Shown piece by piece: positions 51,104 through 60,037 of a stretch of DNA of 64,000 nucleotides. The stretch comes from an uncultured Gammaproteobacteria bacterium (GTDB taxonomy: Bacteria; Patescibacteriota; Microgenomatia; Daviesbacterales; UBA10151), in NCBI GenBank assembly GCA_964504985.1, contig CAZDFU010000003.1, forward strand, positions 822 to 64,821, given 5' to 3'. The translations under genes and the position numbers were made by a program. The number at the start of each line of letters is the position of its first letter. Within the stretch, counting starts at the first letter, position 1. The notes under the pieces are model-generated. The model was not told the DNA's origin, ran no database searches, and saw only the letters and a program-made list of their open reading frames with translations.

Positions 51104-51212
51104 CCCAATTTTAACTAATCAACCTCAGAACTATCCTTAAATTAAATGTAAGTAGGCTTACAAACTTTTTGTAACTTATCTGACAGAAGGTATCAGCCAA
51201 AAAAGGTATCCT

Positions 51213-52880
51213 TTGTGGATGAATAATTATAGGATAGAACAGATTCCTGTCATGGGTAAAGAAGATAAAATTACCTACCTATATTTAGTCCTTGGGGGGA
51301 TGGTTATTACTTCCATTTTTGCAGTCTGGTGGTTTATGCCTTCTCATCTTCCCCATAATTTTAGCGGTGTTTTTCATCTGGTAGATATTATGCTTTTTGT
51401 GATGCTGAGTTTTATTGTCTGGCATCAGATAATTATGGAAGTTTTAGCCTGGTATATCTCTTTAAATATGAAAACTCCCAAACCTACCTTTGCCCCTCCA
51501 GGTTTTAAAGTGGCTTTAATGACTGCTTTTGTGCCTGGAAAAGAATCTTATGAAATACTGACAAAAAGTTTAAGAGCTATGAAAGAGGTAGATTACCCTC
51601 ATGACACCTGGCTTTTGGATGAGGGCAATGATCCCCAAGCCAAACTTATATGTAATTTATTAGGAGTAAAACATTTCTCCAGGTTTGGTATAGAAAAATA
51701 TAACCAACCAGAAGGAAGATTTAAAGCTAAAACCAAAGGTGGAAATTATAATGCCTGGTTTGATATTTATGCCAAACATTATGATATTGTAGCCCAGCAT
51801 GATGTAGATTTTGTGCCTATTAAAGGGTTTTTAACTAAAACTTTAGGATATTTTAAGGATCCTCAGGTGGCTTTTGTAGGATCTCCGCAAATTTATGGTA
51901 ACCAGGAGCAGTCCTGGATTGTAAGAGGCGCAGCTGAACAGGCTTTTAGTTTTTATGGTCCTATTCAAAAAGGCTTATTTGGAGCTGATATGCAGCTTTT
52001 TATTGGTGCCAACCATATTGTTAGGGTTAAAGCACATGATGATATTGGTGGCTACTCCGGGCATATTGTAGAAGATCATTTAACAGGTATGAAGATGTAT
52101 GTTAGAAGGTGGAAAAGTGTTTATGTACCTGAAATACTGGCTGTAGGAGAAGGGCCTGCTAGTTGGGGAGCTTACTTTAGTCAACAAATGAGATGGGCTT
52201 ATGGTTTAATTGATATTTTACTAAGGCATAGCCCTAAGTATTTACCTTTGATGAGGTTTAAACATGCTTTTAATTACTTCATGCTTCAGCAGCACTATTT
52301 TCATGGATTGGCTCAGGGTATTGGTGTAGTACTGATCCTTCTATACTTTTTCTGGGGTATTCAGGCAACTTCAATGGAATTAACAGAGCTGATTTTGTTA
52401 TATATGCCTGTGCTGATTATCCAGATTTTTGTGTTTTATTTTCTGCAGAAATTTTATATATACCCATCTAATGAGGCAGGTTGGTTAGGTAAAAGTAAAT
52501 TGTTAAATTTGGCAGTGTGGCCAATATACCTGGTGGCGTTTCTATCTGTTATTATGAAAAAACCCTTAACTTATAAAGTTACACCAAAAGGCAGCATAGA
52601 AAAAGAAATGCCCTCATTTAAACCTTTTATACCTCATTTTATCTTGGGGACTTTGACTTCTGTGGGTATCGCTGTATCCTTTTTTACCCATTATCAGGCA
52701 CCTCAGATATTCTTTTTTGCTTTCCTAAATTCTGCAGCTATGTACTTTTTTGTTGCAATGGTATTAATACAAAGGCTGCAGGCAATGTATCAGGATAATA
52801 TTTATGCTTTTCTTAAGGGTTTGAAGGAAAGTTGGGGGGTCAGAACACATGCGGATGGTGTTGCTGCTGTTTGGAGATAG
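51213..52880 (+). CDS. Membrane-embedded processive family 2 glycosyltransferase (cellulose-synthase-like)
   Basis: TM helices flanking GT-A domain; DEGND (DxD), QQMRWAYG (QxxRW). Confidence 0.75.
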   Translation: MWMNNYRIEQIPVMGKEDKITYLYLVLGGMVITSIFAVWWFMPSHLPHNFSGVFHLVDIMLFVMLSFIVWHQIIMEVLAWYISLNMKTPKPTFAPPGFKVALMTAFVPGKESYEILTKSLRAMKEVDYPHDTWLLDEGNDPQAKLICNLLGVKHFSRFGIEKYNQPEGRFKAKTKGGNYNAWFDIYAKHYDIVAQHDVDFVPIKGFLTKTLGYFKDPQVAFVGSPQIYGNQEQSWIVRGAAEQAFSFYGPIQKGLFGADMQLFIGANHIVRVKAHDDIGGYSGHIVEDHLTGMKMYVRRWKSVYVPEILAVGEGPASWGAYFSQQMRWAYGLIDILLRHSPKYLPLMRFKHAFNYFMLQQHYFHGLAQGIGVVLILLYFFWGIQATSMELTELILLYMPVLIIQIFVFYFLQKFYIYPSNEAGWLGKSKLLNLAVWPIYLVAFLSVIMKKPLTYKVTPKGSIEKEMPSFKPFIPHFILGTLTSVGIAVSFFTHYQAPQIFFFAFLNSAAMYFFVAMVLIQRLQAMYQDNIYAFLKGLKESWGVRTHADGVAAVWR

Positions 52881-53526
52881 CTGCTTCCTGCTCTAATTTT
52901 TCCAAATTACTGATCACTAAAAACGGGCGTTTGCTGTAAATAATCTTCCCTTTTTCAAACTCTTTTATTATCAAACTGGTAGTTTCCCGGGTTAACCCAG
53001 CCAGGGTGGCAATAATTTGGTGGGTCAAAGGCAAATCAATAACTATTTCACCATTCTCCTGCTTTTTGCCAAAGCGTTTGGCAGCAATTACCAATACTAT
53101 GGCTACTTTGTTATATGAATTGCCAAACATCAAAGACTCCATTACCCCCAGGAGTCCATCTAAACCAATCAGGATTCTTCTGGTTAATTCAAATAGTACT
53201 TCTGGCTCCTGGCGGACAAACTCCACTAAGGCTTCTTTGGGGGCCTTTAAAAGTTCAATTTTTGTCAGGGCTTCAAAATAATAAGTATTTTGGGTTTCTC
53301 CAATAGCCCACATCATGGAAAAATAAGAACCTGGTTTAAAAATATTTAAAGTTAATTCCTGGCCTGTTGCAGAAACAGTATAAAGTCTGGCATAGCCTTC
53401 TTTAAGGTAAAAGACTCCGGGAGGGATATCATCAGCGCGGACAATAATCTCCTTTTTGTTGTAGATCCGTTTGGTATCAAACTTGTTAAAGAAATGCTCG
53501 ATTTTCTCACCAAAGGAATTTTGCAC
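52840..53526 (-). CDS. Crp/Fnr-family transcriptional regulator
   Basis: cNMP-binding-like N-terminus; C-terminal HTH LPLTHQIIATLAGLTRETTSLIIKEFEKGKII. Confidence 0.75.
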   Translation of the reverse strand: MQNSFGEKIEHFFNKFDTKRIYNKKEIIVRADDIPPGVFYLKEGYARLYTVSATGQELTLNIFKPGSYFSMMWAIGETQNTYYFEALTKIELLKAPKEALVEFVRQEPEVLFELTRRILIGLDGLLGVMESLMFGNSYNKVAIVLVIAAKRFGKKQENGEIVIDLPLTHQIIATLAGLTRETTSLIIKEFEKGKIIYSKRPFLVISNLEKLEQEAAISKQQQHHPHVF

Positions 53527-53654
53527 ATGTTAATTTTACCACAAAACAAAAAGTCCTGTTACGCACTATTTGTAATGATTCTTACAGTTTTTCTGCAATA
53601 TATCTGACAGAAGTTTTAGCCCGAAAGGGATATTCTAAACATGTTCTGAAAAAT

Positions 53655-56600
53655 ATGTACAAAGGAAAAATGAAAAAAATATTTCAAAAACTAATATACA
53701 TTTTTGCTGCAGCCTTAATTGTTTTTTACCAGGTTGCGCCTATTGGTTTCTCCCTCAGTACAGTTTTGGCAAAAGATGGCGAGGAAGAAGTTGCTTCTGA
53801 AAATAAAACTGATAACTCAGGTTCCAGTTCAAATGGAGATTCTCAGCCTGAAAGTAATTCATCCGGATCAGGTTCATCTGGGTCTGGTTCATCTGGCAGT
53901 TCTGGGTCTGGCAGCGGATCTTCCGAACCCGCTCCCCAACCTGCAACAACAGAACCTGTACCTGTTGCCACTAATAATGAAGCCGTTCAACAGGAAACTG
54001 CACCAGTAAATATTGTTCAAGAGCAAACCGCACCAGTTAATGCTGTGGAAGTACCGGAAATAATTGCTCCTGTGGTACCTGTAACAAATGAGGTTGAGGA
54101 TGTGAAAAACGGCGGGGTTATTAAAGATGCACCTGGTGATACAGTGAGGCCAACAGATCCAGTGGTAACAACAGAGGCTCAAGCAGGAGCTCTGGCCCCA
54201 GAGACTGCACCGCAAGATCCCATCCCTGCCCAGGCAGACACTTTAGTTGAACCTGTAGAACCCGCCGTAGAAACAGTTACTTCTGCAGTAAACACCATAA
54301 CCGGGCCAGTAGAAACAAGCATTAATACAACATCTGTGAGCAGCCCAACAAGCATTGCTGGTGTAGTTGATCAGGTAAATGGTTTTCCGTCTGCTTATCA
54401 AGACAAATTAGGCATAGCTGTTATCCCCTGCCTTGATGGATCAGACCCTAATTGTGTCTTGCCAGGAGCAGGTGAAGAAGAAGGGTTTGATCCTTCCCAA
54501 CCAACTGCTTTAGGTACTAACTTTCCATCAGAATTTTTCTACTGGATTGCAGAATCTGAACCATTAACTACTCCAAATGGAGGTAAAACTTTTATCAGGA
54601 CAGCTTTAGAAGGAGCCTTCCTGAATGAAGAACCAATCTCAACAGATCAGATGGTCTTTGGCAGAATCAGAGTAACAGGCACAGGTTTAGAACCAAACTC
54701 TACCTACATTGTCACCCATCCTTATGGAATTGATACTTACAAAACAAATGATGTAGGTATTATTGCAAGAGGAGAAGGAACAGAAGATATTGGTTGTGAG
54801 GTCAAGCCTTGTGACTTTACTAAAGCATTAGATAGCAGAATCTTTGATGGGTTCCTACAAATGTCTGAAGGTGCACCAGTTGGTTATCTCGGTGATGCAG
54901 CAACAGCAGCAGAAGTAACAGGAAGTCCTTTAGGCCAAAATTCTTATAGAATTGAAGGCCCAGGTTTACCATTAGGAGGTTTGTTTACCAACCTTTTCAC
55001 TGTAGCAGGTAAATTACTTTCTGGCCTTATTACCCCAATTTCTGTGGAAATCCCAGCTAACCAGCCAGCTCCTGTTAATGAGCAAAATGGAGCGGCGGGT
55101 CCAATTGATGATTCAAATGGGTTTCCTGCATCTTACCAGGATCTTTTGGGTACAACTGTTATCCCCTGCCTTGATGGATCAGACCCTAATTGTGTCTTGC
55201 CAGGAGCAGGTGAAGAAGAAGGGTTTGATCCTTCCCAACCAACTGCTTTAGGTACTAACTTTCCATCAGAATTTTTCTACTGGATTGCAGAATCTGAACC
55301 ATTAACTACTCCAAATGGAGGTAAAACTTTTATCAGGACAGCTTTAGAAGGAGCCTTCCTGAATGAAGAACCAATCTCAACAGATCAGATGGTCTTTGGC
55401 AGAATCAGAGTAACAGGCACAGGTTTAGAACCAAACTCTACCTACATTGTCACCCATCCTTATGGAATTGATACTTACAAAACAAATGATGTAGGTATTA
55501 TTGCAAGAGGAGAAGGAACAGAAGATATTGGTTGTGAGGTCAAGCCTTGTGACTTTACTAAAGCATTAGATAGCAGAATCTTCCAGAGTTTACTGGAATG
55601 GGATGTCCCTCTGCTTAATGGTTATCTGGGTGATGCTATAACTCCACACACTGTTATGGGAAGCCCAACAGGAAACAACTTCTTCAGAATAGAAGGACCA
55701 GGATTGCCTATTGGGGGACTATTAACTAACCTCTTTACAGTAGCAGGAAAATTAGCAGGAGCTATAGGAGGGGTAGTTGATAATATTTTACCAACAGAAG
55801 AGCCTGTTATAGAGGAAGGAACAACTGCTGAGGAAGATATGGTAGAGCCAATTATGGATACAGACCCAGCAGATGAACTTATAGCAGAGGATCTACTTGT
55901 TGGAGGACCTACCGCTGAGGAGGGAACAGGAGAAGACCCAATTAATGAGGCTGAAGATACTCCTGATGCAGAAATTGAAACTCCTGTGGCAACTGAGGAT
56001 ACAGTTAATGAACCCGTGGGGGAGGTAGTAGTTTCCCCTGCTAATGAAGATGAGCAAGAAACAAATGAAGAAGAGCAAGAATCAGAAGAAACAGAAGAAC
56101 CAGAAGCACCAGTTACTGTTATTCCTGGAAATGAAGATGAGGTAGAAGATAATAATGGGACTAATACTGAGGAAGAGGTTATTCAAGAAGAGATTATTCA
56201 AACAGTAGAAACTATCCTTGCAGATCCACTTGACCAGCTTCTTAACACAAACAGCCAGGAAGAAGCATCAGAGCAAGTAACTGCTTTTCTTCAACCAGCT
56301 ATTGTTGAGGCAATAAATAACCAAGCAAACACAACTGAAGATAATACTGTTTTAGCAAGTAATAATTCCTCAGCTGCACAAACAAACAACACCACATCTG
56401 AGTCTGCTGCCAGCTCAAATAATAATTCCAGCTCAGTATCAAATAATACTAGCAGTCAATCATCAAGCTCAGATAATAACCAATCATCTGGTTCAACTAA
56501 CCAGTCATCTGGCGGGATTGAGGCAGGACAAAAAACTAGTGCAGAGGAGGCAAAAACTGGAGAAGAAAATAAAACTCAGGTATTGTCAGTACAAATTTCC

Positions 56601-56789
56601 CAAACCGCAGAAGATAACTCATCTGAGATTTTTGAACAAGCTGAACAGCCTGAGCAACCAGAACAATCAGATTCAAGTGAAGTAACCTCAGAAGAAAAAG
56701 AAGCAGGGAAAAATCCTATAGGCATAGTTTTAGCTCTAACCGGCTTAGCTATCGCAGGAGGGTTTTTCTCCAGACGCTTTATTGTCTAA
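53655..56789 (+). CDS. Large secreted/surface protein (1044 aa) with S/G-rich and acidic low-complexity regions, internally duplicated 142-aa module, C-terminal hydrophobic anchor
   Basis: N-terminal signal/TM. SGSGSSGSGSSG linker. Two identical copies of VIPCLDGSDPNCVLPGAGEEEGFDPSQ...CEVKPCDFTKALDSRIF. C-terminal LALTGLAIAGGFFSRRFIV. Confidence 0.7.
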   Translation: MYKGKMKKIFQKLIYIFAAALIVFYQVAPIGFSLSTVLAKDGEEEVASENKTDNSGSSSNGDSQPESNSSGSGSSGSGSSGSSGSGSGSSEPAPQPATTEPVPVATNNEAVQQETAPVNIVQEQTAPVNAVEVPEIIAPVVPVTNEVEDVKNGGVIKDAPGDTVRPTDPVVTTEAQAGALAPETAPQDPIPAQADTLVEPVEPAVETVTSAVNTITGPVETSINTTSVSSPTSIAGVVDQVNGFPSAYQDKLGIAVIPCLDGSDPNCVLPGAGEEEGFDPSQPTALGTNFPSEFFYWIAESEPLTTPNGGKTFIRTALEGAFLNEEPISTDQMVFGRIRVTGTGLEPNSTYIVTHPYGIDTYKTNDVGIIARGEGTEDIGCEVKPCDFTKALDSRIFDGFLQMSEGAPVGYLGDAATAAEVTGSPLGQNSYRIEGPGLPLGGLFTNLFTVAGKLLSGLITPISVEIPANQPAPVNEQNGAAGPIDDSNGFPASYQDLLGTTVIPCLDGSDPNCVLPGAGEEEGFDPSQPTALGTNFPSEFFYWIAESEPLTTPNGGKTFIRTALEGAFLNEEPISTDQMVFGRIRVTGTGLEPNSTYIVTHPYGIDTYKTNDVGIIARGEGTEDIGCEVKPCDFTKALDSRIFQSLLEWDVPLLNGYLGDAITPHTVMGSPTGNNFFRIEGPGLPIGGLLTNLFTVAGKLAGAIGGVVDNILPTEEPVIEEGTTAEEDMVEPIMDTDPADELIAEDLLVGGPTAEEGTGEDPINEAEDTPDAEIETPVATEDTVNEPVGEVVVSPANEDEQETNEEEQESEETEEPEAPVTVIPGNEDEVEDNNGTNTEEEVIQEEIIQTVETILADPLDQLLNTNSQEEASEQVTAFLQPAIVEAINNQANTTEDNTVLASNNSSAAQTNNTTSESAASSNNNSSSVSNNTSSQSSSSDNNQSSGSTNQSSGGIEAGQKTSAEEAKTGEENKTQVLSVQISQTAEDNSSEIFEQAEQPEQPEQSDSSEVTSEEKEAGKNPIGIVLALTGLAIAGGFFSRRFIV
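54418..55582 (+). repeat. Perfect 427-bp direct tandem duplication (units 54418-54844 and 55156-55582, period 738 bp) within the surface-protein gene
   Basis: Line-by-line identical DNA between the two units. Confidence 0.85.
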
Positions 56790-56815
56790 GCAATAAGAAA
56801 GTAGATTGGTCTTTA

Positions 56816-56848
56816 AAAACTCCTCCCGGGAAACGGGGGAGTTTTTTT
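56816..56848 (+). terminator. Rho-independent terminator after surface-protein gene
   Basis: aaaaactcctcccgg-gaaa-cgggggag followed by ttttttt. Confidence 0.75.
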
Positions 56849-56942
56849 GGTTAAATATTAGTTTTTCCCAATGGTAATCTGCTGGGAATTTTGAATAGTT
56901 ATGTTTTGTGAGGTTTAAAATTAAGAAGCCTTTAGGTATAAT

Positions 56943-57026
56943 TAACAAATCAGCCGGGATGCTGGAATCGGTAGACAGGCTACCTTGAGGTGGTAGTGCC
57001 CGCAAGGGCGTGGAGGTTCAAGTCCT
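56943..57026 (+). tRNA. tRNA-Leu (anticodon GAG), class II
   Basis: GCCGGGATGCTGGAATCGGTAGACAGGCTACCTTGAGGTGGTAGTGCCCGCAAGGGCGTGGAGGTTCAAGTCCTCTTCCCGGCA. Confidence 0.85.
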
Positions 57027-58544
57027 CTTCCCGGCACACGAGCCGACCAAGTCGGTTTCAAATTGACGAATAGATTGATATATCGGGCTAATGTGGGTGT
57101 TGTCTAAGCTCTTATAGTCCCAAACCAGTCCGGAAGGGCTTATTGAACACATAAGCACACGAATCTGGCTAAGAGTAGACATTTGATAAGTTTGAGGAAG
57201 ATTTGCAAACTTCTCTTTCATAAACTTCACAATTGATTCAAGGTTATATTTTGCGAGGAGTGCATCATCTTTGGTAACTTGAACAGCAGCAATTTGATCT
57301 TCAATTAGCTTATTCTGTTCTTTGAAGATTTCATCCGAAAATACCCCACTTAAATTCTTCTGAATAAGTGCTTGGCGCATTTCATAGAGTCTTTTTAGCT
57401 CACTATCTGCTTGCTCTTTTCTTTTTTGGAGTTGGGATACTCTTTGATAATAAATTCGTCTTAAAAGAGCTATAAAAGCATCCAGTGCTTGTTTGGTAGG
57501 AGTAATAGTGGATAAGAATTGTAAAGCAGCATTATTGAGCTTGTAAGCCTGTATTGAAGGCATTTTACAGCCATGCTGACATCGGTAATAAGCATATCTA
57601 GCTTTTTTTCCTTTACTCCATCCGCCAGTTAAGGGTTGTTTACATATTCCACATATAACCAGCCTTCGTAGAGGGAATTCAGTATTGTCTTTATTTCTTC
57701 TTGCCACAGGAACATGGAGATTGGTATTTCTGCCGTCTATTACCGCTTGTACGCGATAAAACATCTCTTCAGTAACCATCGCCACATGTTGTCCTCTAAC
57801 TTCCTCCGGATACCGTGTAGAAGTTAGTATGCCGATATAATATTTGTTTCTAAACATCACACTCAGAGCTTGTTTCCTGATTATGTTTTCCTTGCCTTTA
57901 TATCTTTGGGTTACACCCCATTCATTCATCAACTCTGCCATTTCCTGAAGAGTTTTGGTACCAGTTGCCATTAATTTCCAAGCCTCAACAACTTTATCCC
58001 AAGTTTTTGTATCTTTGACTATATAGCCACTTTCACTTTTATAGCCAAGTGGTGGTGTGCCACTGGTAAGTCCAGCTAAAAACCTAGCTCTTAGTCCATT
58101 TTTAGTACGTTCGCTTCTGATATCATTATCCATCTGAGCAAAACTGGCAAGCATAGTTTCTACAAACTTTTCTGTGGCACTGTTTCCAGTAGGTTCAGAA
58201 GTAGATAAAAGTGCTATCTGGTATTCAGTAAGCTTTTTCTTAATTGCCAAAAAGTCTCCAACCTGACGTGAAAGTCTATCTAATCGGTAAACAATCAACG
58301 CATCAATATTTTTCTTATTTCTCCTGCAAAACTCCATCATCTCAATAAGTACAGGTCTGCCAGTGATATTTTTGGCTGATCGGCCTTCTTCTTTGAAGAC
58401 TTGGATAATCTCAAGCCCTTTACGTTCTGCTTCTTGAGCACAGATTCTCTCCTGAGTTTCCAAAGAGAAGTTATCTACTTGTTCTTCTGTTGAAACTCGA
58501 AGATAAACAATTGCTTTTCTAGATTCTGATTTAATTAATGCCAT
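57018..58544 (-). CDS. Large serine recombinase (phage-type serine integrase)
   Basis: N-terminal resolvase domain AIVYLRVSTEEQ (catalytic Ser). Recombinase domain. Zinc ribbon CGICKQPL...YYRCQHGC. Coiled-coil C-terminus. Confidence 0.8.
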   Translation of the reverse strand: MALIKSESRKAIVYLRVSTEEQVDNFSLETQERICAQEAERKGLEIIQVFKEEGRSAKNITGRPVLIEMMEFCRRNKKNIDALIVYRLDRLSRQVGDFLAIKKKLTEYQIALLSTSEPTGNSATEKFVETMLASFAQMDNDIRSERTKNGLRARFLAGLTSGTPPLGYKSESGYIVKDTKTWDKVVEAWKLMATGTKTLQEMAELMNEWGVTQRYKGKENIIRKQALSVMFRNKYYIGILTSTRYPEEVRGQHVAMVTEEMFYRVQAVIDGRNTNLHVPVARRNKDNTEFPLRRLVICGICKQPLTGGWSKGKKARYAYYRCQHGCKMPSIQAYKLNNAALQFLSTITPTKQALDAFIALLRRIYYQRVSQLQKRKEQADSELKRLYEMRQALIQKNLSGVFSDEIFKEQNKLIEDQIAAVQVTKDDALLAKYNLESIVKFMKEKFANLPQTYQMSTLSQIRVLMCSISPSGLVWDYKSLDNTHISPIYQSIRQFETDLVGSCAGKRT

Positions 58545-58546
58545 AT

Positions 58547-58882
58547 TTATCCTTCATGCAAAACTTCTTTTAATGTCATGCCACCAAATACATCTCTTTC
58601 AAACTCATCAAGCCAGTTATTAGCTAAAAATTGAAACTCTGCGACTACACATTCAATTTGCTCATCAGATAATGTGTTAGCAGTTTCACCAAGTATTCTT
58701 CTGGTTTTGAGAATACTTGCTTCTTCTGTTTGGGTTGGAAGAATAGAGTTAAGAGCACTTTCTAGCGAGGCAAGAGGATTAGTATTAATAGGCTCTGGAG
58801 AGACAATATTAGAATTAACTGTAGGAGTAGTTTGAAATCTAGTTTCGAGTGTAGGATAAAGTGGTAATCGTTGTGGTTCCAT
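58547..58882 (-). CDS. Hypothetical protein (111 aa) upstream of integrase
   Basis: ORF 3 nt upstream of integrase start; possible recombination directionality factor (speculative). Confidence 0.35.
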   Translation of the reverse strand: MEPQRLPLYPTLETRFQTTPTVNSNIVSPEPINTNPLASLESALNSILPTQTEEASILKTRRILGETANTLSDEQIECVVAEFQFLANNWLDEFERDVFGGMTLKEVLHEG

Positions 58883-59407
58883 AGTGTGTTCAATAGGTCT
58901 TCTTGAGTACAGTATATATCTCGATCGAGATAGTTGTCAAGAGGCAATTTAAGTAGAAAAAAGTCCCTACGCGTGGGGACAAAATGTGTAAACGCGTTTA
59001 TACATTTTTAAGGCTATTTTGAGCCTAATTCTTCAAAAAACACAGACTCTTTATACTTATATAAATATAAGGGGGTGTAATATAATCTAAAACAAAGATG
59101 TATAACCCTAACCTCTACCCAAGTTCCAATCCTCTGCTCAACCTATTAACTATTAACCTATCTAACATGAAAACATTACCACCAATTACTAAAACCCAAA
59201 AACAAATAATCTTATTTCTCTATAAATTCCGCTTTTCTACAGTAACCCCACTACAAAAACTTTCAAAGATTTCTCGCTTTTTTTTAACTACTCAAGATGC
59301 TATTAAATTTAGTAACGGGAAAACAAATCAATTGTCTTAATACACATTATGCCTATTCATAATTCAAATCATATCTCAGTGCTTAGAATCTTTGATATAC
59401 TTCTAGC

Positions 59408-59894
59408 ATGAGTAATATTGAAATAACAACTCTTTCATCTGAAAATTGGGAAGAATACAAAAATCTTAGGTTAACGGCTCTTAAAGAAAATCCAGAGGCT
59501 TTCGGTTTATTGTATGAAGAAGCTAAAGAATACTCTAAAGATAAATGGTTAGACCCTCTTGTAGAAGCAGAAAATGAGGAAAAATAAATGGATACTTTTT
59601 GCAAAGTTAAATGGAAAACTAGTTGGAATGATTAGTGGAAGTGTAATAGATGGAGATACTGTTAAATTAGGTGAGGTATTTGTTGCTACGGAGGCAAGAG
59701 GTATGGCTCTCGGAAAGAAACTTCTGGAAACTTTAATCAGTAAAATCACTAAATACCCTGAATTAAAAAAAGCTAAAGCAAAAGTGTTTACAACTCAAAA
59801 AGCAGCGTTAATCTATATGAAAGCTTTGGTTTTGAAACATCGGAGACAATTACAGAACACTGGCCAGATGGAAGAACTCATGAAACGTTTATAA
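59408..59894 (+). pseudogene. GNAT-family N-acetyltransferase interrupted by frameshift in an A-run
   Basis: Frame A 59408-59587 (MSNIEITTLSSENWEEY...EAENEEK*) and frame B 59574-59894 (…LFAKLNGKLVGMISGSV…VATEARGMALGKKLLE…) join at gaggaaaaataaa. Confidence 0.55.
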
Positions 59895-60037
59895 TGTATA
59901 AATCTTTACAATAGAGAGGAAAATCAAATATTTGGCAGAAGATAGAGTAATTTTAAAAATTAGCAATTACTTAAACCTTTTCTATTTATGGTAAATTTTG
60001 CCCATGACTCATTCTGCTTATCTTCCCTTCTAAGTAA

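Noticed and set aside
50971-51108. Long N-terminal extension of yvcK (start at 51108)
   Set aside because: Would be encoded antisense to tRNA-Leu(CAG) at 51020-51103. Internal ATG at 50970 (MAANTKHPF) precedes the conserved GGGTG motif.
56745-57005. 86-aa ORF on minus strand
   Set aside because: Overlaps tRNA-Leu(GAG) and the terminator region; no coding signal.
46960-57030. tRNA-Leu(TAG) at 47026 and tRNA-Leu(GAG) at 56943 as attL/attR duplicates of one element
   Set aside because: They share only the variable/T-arm 30-mer and have different anticodons and acceptor stems. They are distinct isoacceptor genes, and the intervening genes (gatD, murT, yvcK) are core.
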